Part shown: positions 23,822 through 32,000 of the stretch, in pieces
Layout: each line of letters opens with the position of its first letter
Numbering within the stretch: position 1 is the stretch's first letter
Assembly: GCF_001306055.1 (NCBI RefSeq)
Contig: NZ_LGHJ01000006.1
Coordinates: forward strand, 30,001-62,000
Direction of reading: 5' to 3'
Length of the DNA: 32,000 bases
Origin: Bellilinea caldifistulae
Lineage (GTDB): Bacteria > Chloroflexota > Anaerolineae > Anaerolineales > Anaerolineaceae
Made by a program: the position numbers and the translations under genes
The notes under the pieces: model-generated
What the model was told of the DNA's origin: nothing
Database searches by the model: none
What the model saw: only the letters and a program-made list of their open reading frames with translations

Positions 23822-26215
23822 TCACCGAATCGGCTTGGGGCGGGCATCGCGCGGTGACTGCACCACCACCTGACTGAGGTCAAATTTGCCCAGAATGGCG
23901 CGCACCTGCGCCGGGTCAAAACGCTCGCTCTTGACGAAAATCCACACCGGCGGGTGGTCATAAACACTGAAAGCCTCTTCTGCAGCAAAGAAGTTGAAGT
24001 TGAACAGCGGCAAGCGCGGCGGCGCTCCCCACCTCACCTGACCGCCGACATCCGAAATATACAGGTTGCCGATGCGCCACGGGGCTTGAAAATCGGCCGC
24101 CAGATCGAAGCCCAGCCGCCCATCGAACAGCGCCCGGTAATACTCGATGGTCATCGGGTAGGTGAGTTGCAAGCGGGCAACACTCCAAATGCCACGCTGG
24201 CTGGGCAGGATGATGTAGTCCACCTCCGCCAGACGCTCGTAGAACATCTGGCGTTTGTTTTCATCATCGTACCAGCGCACTTCCATCGTCACACCGCGGT
24301 AAAAATCGCCGAACGGGTCGTAGGTGGCACGCGGCACGGGCAGCCCCTCGTCCCACGACTCGTTGGCCAGCGTCAGGCGGTAGATTTTGATGGGCTCAGG
24401 GGAATCATTGCGCAGGGTGAGGGTATACACCTGCCCGGCTTGCAGTTCGCCTCCCGGCAGGCCGGCCTGCACGCTTTTGCCGCGCGCCTGCCCCCCCGCC
24501 GGCGGTACCGCAAGACCGGTCTCGGCCAACAGGTCAAGGCTGCTGCCCTCGCGGTAGAGGGCCAGACTCAACCGCGCCGGCTGATCGGCGGGGTTGTACA
24601 GGCGCGGCAGGGTCACCCCGCGCAGTGTCCCGCTCTCGCGGGCGGTAAAGGTCAGGGTAAACGACTCGCCGGGCGGAATGCTCAGCCCGTCCGGCACGGA
24701 AACCGGCTGAAAACGGCTGCCCTGCGGGGTTCCCAGTTCCAGATGCACCGGTGCGGGGATGTTTTGAAAGATCCACTCGGTGGCTTGCAGGCGGGTGTGC
24801 GGCTGGCGGTAAACCGCGCTGACGAAAGCATCCGCCCAGATCAGCGTCCCGCCCAGCACCAGCCCGAAGAAAGCGGCTGCCGCTATGCGCCGCAGGGGCA
24901 GGCCGGTTTGGGCGCGCCTGCCGGCCGTCTGCCAGACCGTCCACAGCAGGAAAGCCGCCAGCAAAGCCAGGAAGGGGTAAATCGGCAAAAAATAGCGGAT
25001 GGACTTGACCCAGCGGGTGCCCATAAAAAGGAAATAACCGCCCACCCACACCAGTGGGATGAGATGGGCGCGGTAGAGCAACCCTTTGCGCAGCACCTGC
25101 CAGGCCGCCAGCCCAAAACCCAGCCACGCCGTCAGACCAAAGGGCAGCCCCATGCCCCACACCACCATGTTCATCAGCGGGAAGAGAATCGCCGGCCGGG
25201 CAGCCCATTGTTCGCCGGGCGGGCCGCCGCCGATTCCGCTGGATTCCATCTGGGCAACCTGCATGCTGTCCACCCAGTCGGGATTGAGGTGCAGGGTGAA
25301 AAACGTGGTGTCGCCCTGCGGGGCGCGGAAGGACATCGGCTGGGTGATGCGGAAAGCCAGCAGCGCGGTGAAGGCGGAAAGCACCAGCAGCAGGGCTGTG
25401 CCACCGAAAATGCGGCTTAAGTCGCTCTTGAAGCGCAGTTTGAGATCGGCAATCGCCAGAAATGCCGCCACTGCCACCATGCCGGTCAACGGCAGCAGGT
25501 TAACCTTGCAAGCCAGCGCCATGCCAGCGGCTGCCCCAAACAACCCAAACCAGCCAAACGCCGACGGAACAAGGCGGTAGCCGCTTTCGGGCTTTTGGCG
25601 GGCCAGCGGCGGCTGCCCGGCAATCCGCACCGCGGCGTAGAGCGCCAGCATGGTGAAGAAAGTGCCGAAATTGTCCACCGTCATAAAGTGGGATTGCTGA
25701 ATCTGCATCACCGCCAGCGCCGAAAGCGCCGCGCCGATCAGGGCGATGCGGTGATTGTAAAGCCGCCGCCCGATCAGGTAGAGCAGACCAACCGCCAGCG
25801 CGTCCGCCAATGCCGAAAGCCGCCGCCCCAGCAGGCGCAGCTCGCTGTAACCGGTGTTGCCGGTTGCTTCCGCTGCGGCGCGAATCAGGATCATTGGCAG
25901 CTGTCCCCAGCGCATCCGGTTATCCGGGCCGTTTTGCAGCAGGCTGCCATCCGGGTTGTATTTGTTGTAGGGGCTGATCGGCGAGATGCGCGTGTTGAAA
26001 TATTCGCTCAGGCTGGTGGGCATGCGTAGCACGCTCAGCGTGTTGGTCAGGCCGTACTCGTCCGGGTGCAGTTGGGCATCCTGATTCCAGTTAACCCACG
26101 CAAAGCGGTAAACCAGACCCACCGCAATCAGCACAATCAGCAGCACATCCAACCCTTTGGAAAGGAAGCTCTCGCGACTGCGGGAAGAAGAGGACAGAGC
26201 GGGGTTTAACATCAT
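23822..26215 (-). CDS. GT-C fold glycosyltransferase, family 39 / ArnT-PMT-like, with a large C-terminal extracytoplasmic domain
   Basis: 797 aa. There are at least 10 TM helices in the first ~500 aa. A DE-containing first loop (LHPDEYGL) is typical of PMT/ArnT-type enzymes. The last ~300 aa are soluble. Confidence 0.75.
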   Translation of the reverse strand: MMLNPALSSSSRSRESFLSKGLDVLLIVLIAVGLVYRFAWVNWNQDAQLHPDEYGLTNTLSVLRMPTSLSEYFNTRISPISPYNKYNPDGSLLQNGPDNRMRWGQLPMILIRAAAEATGNTGYSELRLLGRRLSALADALAVGLLYLIGRRLYNHRIALIGAALSALAVMQIQQSHFMTVDNFGTFFTMLALYAAVRIAGQPPLARQKPESGYRLVPSAFGWFGLFGAAAGMALACKVNLLPLTGMVAVAAFLAIADLKLRFKSDLSRIFGGTALLLVLSAFTALLAFRITQPMSFRAPQGDTTFFTLHLNPDWVDSMQVAQMESSGIGGGPPGEQWAARPAILFPLMNMVVWGMGLPFGLTAWLGFGLAAWQVLRKGLLYRAHLIPLVWVGGYFLFMGTRWVKSIRYFLPIYPFLALLAAFLLWTVWQTAGRRAQTGLPLRRIAAAAFFGLVLGGTLIWADAFVSAVYRQPHTRLQATEWIFQNIPAPVHLELGTPQGSRFQPVSVPDGLSIPPGESFTLTFTARESGTLRGVTLPRLYNPADQPARLSLALYREGSSLDLLAETGLAVPPAGGQARGKSVQAGLPGGELQAGQVYTLTLRNDSPEPIKIYRLTLANESWDEGLPVPRATYDPFGDFYRGVTMEVRWYDDENKRQMFYERLAEVDYIILPSQRGIWSVARLQLTYPMTIEYYRALFDGRLGFDLAADFQAPWRIGNLYISDVGGQVRWGAPPRLPLFNFNFFAAEEAFSVYDHPPVWIFVKSERFDPAQVRAILGKFDLSQVVVQSPRDARPKPIR

Positions 26216-26241
26216 GGAAAACTGGGGTTAATTATACATCG

Positions 26242-26270
26242 TTGCAGGGCATCGGCGGGCGTGGTAGAAT
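26242..26270 (+). promoter_or_regulatory. Promoter TTGCAG-17-(TGG)TAGAAT for pdxST
   Basis: TTGCAG at 26242-47, a 17-nt spacer, and the extended -10 TGGTAGAAT at 26262-26270. AGGAGG at 26297-26302 lies before ATG 26307. A divergent TATAAT (complement of 26231-26236) lies 15 nt upstream of the GT39-like ATG. Confidence 0.5.
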
Positions 26271-26306
26271 CTCGATAGAAAACCGTAAGGATTAACAGGA
26301 GGTCGA

Positions 26307-27194
26307 ATGGATCAGGAAAAGGGCACGTTCAAGGTCAAAAAAGGCCTTGCCCAGATGCTGAAAGGCGGTGTGATTATGGATGTGGTCACACCGGAGCACG
26401 CGCGCATTGCCGAAGACGCCGGCGCGGTGGCCGTCATGGCGCTGGAGCGGGTTCCGGCGGACATTCGTGCGCAAGGGGGGGTTGCCCGAATGAGCGATCC
26501 GGAACTGATCCTCAAGATCATGGATGCCGTCACCATTCCGGTGATGGCCAAGGTGCGCATCGGTCATTTCGTCGAGGCGCAAATTTTGGAAGCGCTCGGC
26601 GTGGATTACATTGACGAGTCCGAGGTGCTGACCCCGGCCGATGAGGAGCATCACATCTACAAGCACAATTTCACCGTGCCGTTCGTGTGCGGGGCACGCA
26701 ACCTCGGTGAAGCGCTCCGCCGCATTGGTGAAGGAGCCGCCATGATCCGCACCAAAGGCGAAGCCGGCACCGGGGATGTGGTTGAGGCCGTTCGCCATGC
26801 CCGGGCGGTGATGGGCGAAATCCGCCGCCTGCAAAACCTGCCGGATGAGGAAGTGATGGCGTTTGCCAAACAAATCGGCGCGCCTTATGAGCTGGTGCTG
26901 GAAACCCGCCAGCTGGGCCGCCTGCCGGTGGTCAACTTTGCGGCCGGCGGGATTGCCACCCCGGCCGATGCCGCCCTGATGATGCAACTGGGCATGGACG
27001 GGGTGTTCGTCGGCTCCGGGATTTTCAAATCGGGCGATCCGGCCCGCCGGGCGGCGGCGATTGTCAAGGCCGTCACCCACTACAACGAACCGAAGATTCT
27101 GGCCGAAATCAGCCGTAATCTGGGAGAACCAATGGTCGGGCGGCAAATTTCCGCCATCCCCGAACATGAACTGATCGCCGGGCGCGGTTGGTAA
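26307..27194 (+). CDS. pdxS: Pyridoxal 5'-phosphate synthase, lyase subunit
   Basis: 295 aa. [53 protein letters not shown] is a highly characteristic PdxS/SNZ sequence. Confidence 0.97.
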   Translation: MDQEKGTFKVKKGLAQMLKGGVIMDVVTPEHARIAEDAGAVAVMALERVPADIRAQGGVARMSDPELILKIMDAVTIPVMAKVRIGHFVEAQILEALGVDYIDESEVLTPADEEHHIYKHNFTVPFVCGARNLGEALRRIGEGAAMIRTKGEAGTGDVVEAVRHARAVMGEIRRLQNLPDEEVMAFAKQIGAPYELVLETRQLGRLPVVNFAAGGIATPADAALMMQLGMDGVFVGSGIFKSGDPARRAAAIVKAVTHYNEPKILAEISRNLGEPMVGRQISAIPEHELIAGRGW

Positions 27195-27219
27195 GGCTTT
27201 TTTCTTCACAACGGTGGCT

Positions 27220-27798
27220 ATGAAGATCGGAGTACTGGCTTTACAGGGTGCTTTTATCGAGCATCAAACCGTACTGGAAAAACTGGGTGTGGAAAGCGTG
27301 CAGGTGCGTCTGCCCGAACACCTCGACGGCCTCGACGGTCTGATCATCCCCGGCGGGGAATCCACCACCATCAGCAAACTGGCGATTGCCTTTGGGCTGA
27401 TGCAGCCGCTGCGTGAATTTGCCGGGGAGCACGCCGTTTGGGGTACCTGCGCGGGGGCAATCTTCCTTTCCCGCGAAGTCGGCCGTGATCAACCCGTGCT
27501 GGGGTTGATGGACATCACCGTGCGGCGCAACGCGTTTGGGCGGCAGGTCGATTCCTTTGAAACCCTGCTGGATGTACCGGCGCTGGCCAGGGTGGATGCG
27601 ATTAACCCGCCCTTCCCGGCGGTGTTCATCCGCGCGCCGTTGATCGAGAAGGCCAACGGCAGCGCCGAGGTGCTGGCGGCATTGCCGGACGGCGGGATTG
27701 TTGCCGTGCAGCAGGGGCGCTGGCTGGCAACCTCCTTCCACCCCGAATTGAGCGATGATGACCGCTTTCACCGCTATTTTTTGGAGTTGGCAAGATAG
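27220..27798 (+). CDS. pdxT: Pyridoxal 5'-phosphate synthase, glutaminase subunit
   Basis: Starts MKIGVLALQGAFIEH. Catalytic Cys in WGTCAGAI and the His-Glu dyad in SFHPEL. The ORF-track GTG at 27214 is an alternative start. Confidence 0.95.
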   Translation: MKIGVLALQGAFIEHQTVLEKLGVESVQVRLPEHLDGLDGLIIPGGESTTISKLAIAFGLMQPLREFAGEHAVWGTCAGAIFLSREVGRDQPVLGLMDITVRRNAFGRQVDSFETLLDVPALARVDAINPPFPAVFIRAPLIEKANGSAEVLAALPDGGIVAVQQGRWLATSFHPELSDDDRFHRYFLELAR

Positions 27799-27827
27799 AG
27801 ATTCGACTGTTTGCCTGGCATGACCTG

Positions 27828-28763
27828 TTGAACCTGTTCCGCTACCGCGATCAGGCGCAATGTCTGGATACGACTCTGGCGCTGACGCGCGGCAGCCCGG
27901 TTGGCGCGTGGGCGGTGCTCGATCATCTGCGGCTGGATAAGGGCAGCACCACCTGCGTGTTGAGTGCTACCGGTGGCAGTCCAGCGCTGATTGGGCAGGT
28001 GCGTTATGAAAGCAGCCACACCGCCCGGCTTTCCTTCGTTCTCCCCGCTCAGGCTGCCCTGCCGGAACGGCTGACCGCCTTGCTGGAAGGTCTCGTCCAT
28101 CAGGCCGGGGCGCACGGCAGTCAGGTTGTGCTGGCCGAGGTTGAAGAACACAGCCCGTTGTTCGAGGCATTGCGCCGGGCCGGGTTTAGCGTGTTCACCT
28201 GGCAGCGCATCTGGCGAGTCCTTTCCCTGCCGCCCGGTGAAAGCAATGCCAGTTGGGAATTTGCCAGCGAGCTGGATCATCTGGCGGTGCGCAATCTGGT
28301 GCAAACCCTCATCCCGCCGCTGGTTCAAAGCGCCGAAGCCTTTCCGCACTCGCTGAGTGAGTCATGGGTGCTTTTTCAACAGCAGGAAATCCTCGGCTAC
28401 GCTGCCCCGGTTTTCGGCCCGCGCGGGATTGTCGTTCAGCCAATCCTCCACCCCGCGGTGGAAGATGTGGCGGCGGCTTTGCGCGGTTTGATTACCGCCA
28501 TGCCGTTTGTGCTCGGCCGCCCGGTATATGTGGTGGTGCGCGCCTATCAATCCTACCTCGAAAACGGGCTGGAAAAACTGGGCGCGGAAAGCGGCGAACG
28601 GCAGGCCGTGCTGGTCAAGCACCTGACCAGTTTACAGCGCAAGGCCATCTTTGTCACCCGCAACGGCAGCCTGGAAAAGCACCAGCCGGCATTGGTTGAA
28701 CAAATCGGTGGTGAAACTTCCCTGCCGCTGGTACAATATGACTTAAGAGAAAGATTGAATTAG
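27828..28763 (+). CDS. Conserved hypothetical protein, possibly a tandem GNAT-like fold
   Basis: 311-aa ORF with coding-like composition. It sits 8 nt before the next gene. Two halves each end in weak GNAT-like segments ([24 protein letters not shown] and [20 protein letters not shown]). The TTG start is uncertain. Confidence 0.6.
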   Translation: MNLFRYRDQAQCLDTTLALTRGSPVGAWAVLDHLRLDKGSTTCVLSATGGSPALIGQVRYESSHTARLSFVLPAQAALPERLTALLEGLVHQAGAHGSQVVLAEVEEHSPLFEALRRAGFSVFTWQRIWRVLSLPPGESNASWEFASELDHLAVRNLVQTLIPPLVQSAEAFPHSLSESWVLFQQQEILGYAAPVFGPRGIVVQPILHPAVEDVAAALRGLITAMPFVLGRPVYVVVRAYQSYLENGLEKLGAESGERQAVLVKHLTSLQRKAIFVTRNGSLEKHQPALVEQIGGETSLPLVQYDLRERLN

Positions 28764-28771
28764 TTGTTGAT

Positions 28772-30406
28772 ATGACGCAAAGAAGAATAACCGACGATTT
28801 ACATGCATTACTGGATGTCCTGCCGCCTCACATCCGTCAGGCGGTTGTCAAGGCAAACGACAGCGATAACCTGCTGGAAATTGTGATGGATTTGGGCCGC
28901 GTGCCGCTGGCGCGGTTTGTGCAGGGCGAGGTGGTTCTCGATCAAAACGAAATCACCCGCGAGGACATTGACCACGTGGTCAACAAAATTGGCGAATTTG
29001 ACGCCGATAACCGCGCTGGTTTGGAGCGCACTCTGCACCGCATTTCAGCCATCCGCAACCGGCATGGCCACATTGTGGGCCTGACCTGCCGGGTTGGACG
29101 GGCGGTTTACGGCACGATTGACATCATTCAGGATTTGCTCGAATCGGGTAAGTCCATTTTGCTGCTCGGCCGTCCCGGCATTGGTAAAACCACCATGCTG
29201 CGCGAATCGGCGCGTATTCTGGCGGAAAAACACCGCGTAATCATCGTGGATACCTCCAACGAGATTGGCGGGGATGGCGATGTGCCGCACCCGGCGGTTG
29301 GACGCGCTCGCCGCATGCAGGTGGCCCAGCCTTCCTTGCAGCATGAGGTGATGATCGAGGCGGTCGAAAACCACAATCCCGAAGTGATCATCATTGACGA
29401 GATTGGGCGCGAGCTGGAAGCGCTGGCTGCCCGCACGATTGCCGAACGCGGTGTGCAGCTGGTGGCAACGGCTCATGGCCGTACCCTTGAAAACCTGCTG
29501 CTCAACCCGACCCTGTCCGACCTGATCGGCGGGATCGAATCGGTGACGCTTTCGGATGAAGAAGCCCGCCGGCGCGGTACTCAGAAAACCGTGCTGGAGC
29601 GCCGCTCGCCGCCTACTTTCGATGTGCTGATCGAGATTCAGGAACGCGACCGCATGCACGTTCATAAGGATGTGGCTGCAGCGGTGGATTCGCTGGTGCG
29701 CGGCTACCCGCTGCCTCCCGAAATCCGCTACCGCGATGAAAACGGTGAAATTCACATCGAAACGCCACCTGTGCAGGCTGCCCCGCGTCCGTTGCCGCAA
29801 ACCAGCCGGCGTGCCTACGCCAACGGCAGCGATACCCAGCCTTTTAACCGCAAAAGCGGGCGTTCAACCCCGCCTGCCGGCCAGATGGTGAACGAAGAAA
29901 TGCTGCTGCCTTCCGAGATGAACGCCCAGCCTTCGGCTCCGCTGCAGACCATCCGCATTTACCCCTACGGCGTGGCCCGCAATCGGCTGGCGCAGGCTGC
30001 CAAACGGCTGGGTGTGCCGGCGCTGGTGGTGCAGAATCTGGACGAAGCAGACGTGTTGATGACCCTGCGTACCTACTACCGCTCGCGTCAGCAGCCGGTG
30101 GTCGAGGCGGAAGAACGGCGAATGCCAATATATGTGCTGCGCGCCAATACCATCAACCAGATGGAACAGTCGCTGGGGGAACTGTATAACCTGAGCATGG
30201 ATAGCAACTCTGCCGAGTGGGAAATCATTGCTGCCCAAACACAGGTGGCCATCCAAAATGTGCTGAACGGTCAACGGTTTGTGGATTTGCCCCCCGCACC
30301 GGCCAGCATCCGGCGGATGCAGCATGAGATGGCGCGCGCCCAGCAGCTGGTCTCACATTCCTACGGCAAAGAACCACACCGCCGCGTGCGCATCTTCCGC
30401 GATTGA
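28772..30406 (+). CDS. Ycf45/SpoIIIAA-like AAA ATPase with a C-terminal R3H nucleic-acid-binding domain
   Basis: 544 aa. Walker [13 protein letters not shown], Walker B VIIIDEIG, then ATAHG. A Pro-rich linker leads to the C-terminal segment [17 protein letters not shown], which resembles an R3H motif. Confidence 0.85.
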   Translation: MTQRRITDDLHALLDVLPPHIRQAVVKANDSDNLLEIVMDLGRVPLARFVQGEVVLDQNEITREDIDHVVNKIGEFDADNRAGLERTLHRISAIRNRHGHIVGLTCRVGRAVYGTIDIIQDLLESGKSILLLGRPGIGKTTMLRESARILAEKHRVIIVDTSNEIGGDGDVPHPAVGRARRMQVAQPSLQHEVMIEAVENHNPEVIIIDEIGRELEALAARTIAERGVQLVATAHGRTLENLLLNPTLSDLIGGIESVTLSDEEARRRGTQKTVLERRSPPTFDVLIEIQERDRMHVHKDVAAAVDSLVRGYPLPPEIRYRDENGEIHIETPPVQAAPRPLPQTSRRAYANGSDTQPFNRKSGRSTPPAGQMVNEEMLLPSEMNAQPSAPLQTIRIYPYGVARNRLAQAAKRLGVPALVVQNLDEADVLMTLRTYYRSRQQPVVEAEERRMPIYVLRANTINQMEQSLGELYNLSMDSNSAEWEIIAAQTQVAIQNVLNGQRFVDLPPAPASIRRMQHEMARAQQLVSHSYGKEPHRRVRIFRD

Positions 30407-30420
30407 GGCGGGTAGAAAAC

Positions 30421-30545
30421 CGCCCCTCCCGCAAGGCCCCCACCTGCACTGCGCTCGACATGACGTGAACAAGGCCATGTCATTGTGGGCCGCCGTCAGG
30501 CGGCGTGGCAATCCTCCACTACGCCGATGGGGAGGCAGGGCGGGG
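30421..30545 (-). repeat. Structured intergenic repeat, copy C (inverted and circularly permuted)
   Basis: The reverse complement reads CCTCCCCATCGGCGTAGTGGAGGATTGCCACGCCGCCTGACGGCGGCCCACAATGACATGGCC...CAGTGCAGG. This is the 3' module, then the junction hairpin, then the 5' module of the family. Confidence 0.7.
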
Positions 30546-30578
30546 AAACAATTTTCTCTACCCTAAAATCCCCGAATT

Positions 30579-30609
30579 TTGAACGCTCATCCCGCCAAGG
30601 TGCTATAAT
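30579..30609 (+). promoter_or_regulatory. Promoter TTGAAC-19-(TGC)TATAAT for the lactate permease gene
   Basis: Extended -10 TGCTATAAT at 30601-30609, only 14 nt before ATG 30624. No Shine-Dalgarno, which implies a leader of only about 8 nt. Confidence 0.5.
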
Positions 30610-30623
30610 CGGCTGCGTTACCC

Positions 30624-32000
30624 ATGGAACTGAACCTGTTCACCTGGACCCTGGCGCTGCTGCCGGTGCTGGTCGTCTTGATTCTGATGCTGGGCTTCAA
30701 GTGGGGTGGCAGTCGTGCTGGTGCAGCCGGCTGGGTTACCGCCGTACTGGTTGCCTGGATCTTCTTTGCCGCCGGCCCGCGTTTGATTGCCTACACCCAG
30801 GCCAAAGCAGTCCTGCTCAGTCTGGATGTGTTGTACATCATCTGGACGGCGCTGCTGCTCTACCACACCGCCGATGAAGCCGGCGCTGTGCGGATGATTG
30901 GCGTCAGTCTGCCGCGCCTGACCGCCGACCGCACCATGCAAGGACTGTTGATCGGCTGGCTGTTCGCCTCGTTTTTACAGGGTATGGGCGGTTTCGGTGT
31001 GCCGGTGGCCGTGGCGGCACCGCTGCTGGTTGGACTGGGTTTCAACCCGGTTCAGGCGGTGGTGATGGCGTGTATCGGCCACGGCTGGGCGGTCAATTAC
31101 GGCTCGCTGGCAACCTCCTTCCAAACCCTGATGGCGGTTACCGGCCTGCCCGGCGAACTGCTGGCGCCCGATTCGGCCTGGCTGCTGGGACTTTCGGCGT
31201 ATGCCTGCGGGGCGATTGTGGCACTGGTGGCTGGCGGCTGGCGCGGCCTGCTGCGCAGCCTGCCGGCGGTGATCGTCCTGGGGAGTGTGATGGCGCTCAG
31301 CCAGTACGGACTGGCGGTCAACGGGCTGTGGAATCTGGGCGCTACCGGCAGCGCCATGCTGGGACTGCTGGTCGGAATGGGTTTATGCCGCCTGCCCCTC
31401 TACCGCGGCAACCCGCAATCCACGCCGGCAGCCGATTTCGCTCACCTGAACGGCGGGGACGGGAAACCCCGTTCGCTGAAAATTTCGCTCTCGGCTTACG
31501 CCATTCTGGTGGTGCTGACTTTTGCGATCAACCTCATCCAGCCGCTCAACGCCTTCCTCGACCAGATTCAACTGAACCTCAACTTTCCGGAATTGCGCAC
31601 TGGCCTGGGATGGGTCACTCCCGCCGGGCCGGGACGCTCCATCAGCCTGTTTGGACATACCGGCTCCATTCTCCTGTATGCCTCGCTGATTTCCTACTTC
31701 ATCTACCGGCGGGCGGGTTATTACCGGCCGGGTGCAGCCGCCAGAATTGGCGAAAAGACCGTGAAGGGAGCGGTCAATTCCAGCTTGGGTATTCTGGCAA
31801 TGGTGGGCATGGCGGTGATCATGTCACATGCTGGCATGACCAACCTGCTGGCGCTGGGCATGAGCCGCAGTTTTGGCGCTGCCGCCTACCCGCTGATTGC
31901 GCCGTTCATTGGGGGGTTGGGAGCCTTCATCACCGGCAGCAACAACAATTCCAATGTGTTGTTTGCCGTGCTGCAAATGCGCACTGCCGAACTCCTCGCA
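30624..32000 (+). CDS. L-lactate/glycolate permease (LctP family); C-terminus cut by the window edge
   Basis: Absent from the ORF track because it has no stop in the window. Translation reads MELNLFTWTLALLPVLVVLILMLGFKWGG...LLIGWLFASFLQGMGGFGVPVAVAAPLLVGLGFNP...GAFITGSNNNSNVLF, matching conserved LctP blocks. Confidence 0.9.
   Translation, partial: MELNLFTWTLALLPVLVVLILMLGFKWGGSRAGAAGWVTAVLVAWIFFAAGPRLIAYTQAKAVLLSLDVLYIIWTALLLYHTADEAGAVRMIGVSLPRLTADRTMQGLLIGWLFASFLQGMGGFGVPVAVAAPLLVGLGFNPVQAVVMACIGHGWAVNYGSLATSFQTLMAVTGLPGELLAPDSAWLLGLSAYACGAIVALVAGGWRGLLRSLPAVIVLGSVMALSQYGLAVNGLWNLGATGSAMLGLLVGMGLCRLPLYRGNPQSTPAADFAHLNGGDGKPRSLKISLSAYAILVVLTFAINLIQPLNAFLDQIQLNLNFPELRTGLGWVTPAGPGRSISLFGHTGSILLYASLISYFIYRRAGYYRPGAAARIGEKTVKGAVNSSLGILAMVGMAVIMSHAGMTNLLALGMSRSFGAAAYPLIAPFIGGLGAFITGSNNNSNVLFAVLQMRTAELLA

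Noticed and set aside
23954-25420. 488-aa ORF on the + strand
   Set aside because: It is antisense to the GT39-like membrane protein gene. The translation is Arg/Gln/Gly/Pro-rich without hydrophobic core segments or motifs.
26292-27209. 305-aa ORF on the - strand
   Set aside because: It is antisense to pdxS, a very highly conserved sequence. The shadow translation is low-complexity (G/H/R-rich).
29045-29800. 251-aa ORF on the - strand. The same applies to 29864-30325, 10627-11175, 11229-11798, 14485-14991, 19011-19880, 21038-21745, 22102-22884 and 23074-23781.
   Set aside because: Each is antisense to a gene with strong family motifs (Walker boxes, Nudix box, SAM motif, MarR wHTH and so on). 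None has a Shine-Dalgarno or a recognisable domain.
5111-30545. Whether the repeated elements constitute a CRISPR array
   Set aside because: The copies are dispersed 2-13 kb apart, are 90-130 nt long, and occur in both orientations. There are no regular spacers and no cas genes in the window.
1-32000. tRNA, rRNA, transposase, integrase, phage, toxin-antitoxin or known defence-system genes
   Set aside because: All intergenic gaps of 130 bp or more were read on both strands. None shows cloverleaf-compatible arms or rRNA-like sequence. No ORF translation shows DDE, tyrosine or serine recombinase motifs or known defence-system motifs. Detection by eye is imperfect, so tRNAscan-SE, Infernal and DefenseFinder should confirm this.

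Overview
About 58-60% GC bacterial chromosomal segment. It is gene-dense, mostly housekeeping, with roughly 30 protein genes. I recognised no rRNA, tRNA, CRISPR array, transposase, integrase or phage gene. The gene content (Ycf45-like R3H ATPase, YIP1/ABC/CARDB-like/FtsX cluster, short primary sigma factor) suggests a Chloroflexota/Anaerolineae-like organism. That is inference only.

Genes from left to right:
- NarL-type response regulator (cut by the window edge) and a GAF histidine kinase
- rpoD, DUF177/YceD, rdgB, and dnaE with an unusual C-terminal tail
- a seven-gene minus-strand accessory run: flavodoxin, small membrane protein, CPBP protease, GNAT, O-methyltransferase, Nudix, HemN-like radical SAM
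- MarR and YceI, a 66-aa protein with DUF4332, an alpha/beta hydrolase, and dnaN
- a four-gene envelope operon (YIP1-like, ABC ATPase, secreted multi-Ig-like protein, FtsX permease) next to a GT39-like glycosyltransferase
- pdxS and pdxT, an uncharacterised 311-aa ORF with a Ycf45-like AAA+R3H ATPase, and a lactate permease (cut by the window edge)

The most distinctive signal not explained by genes is a family of structured intergenic repeats of about 90-130 nt. It has four copies, in both orientations, each just downstream of a gene 3' end. Other observations:
- recurrent extended -10 promoters (TGnTATAAT) with very short or absent leaders
- a candidate MarR operator
- hairpins in the rpoD leader

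I found no clearly novel multi-gene system. The best candidates for follow-up are the repeat family, the envelope operon and the ORF311/Ycf45 pair.
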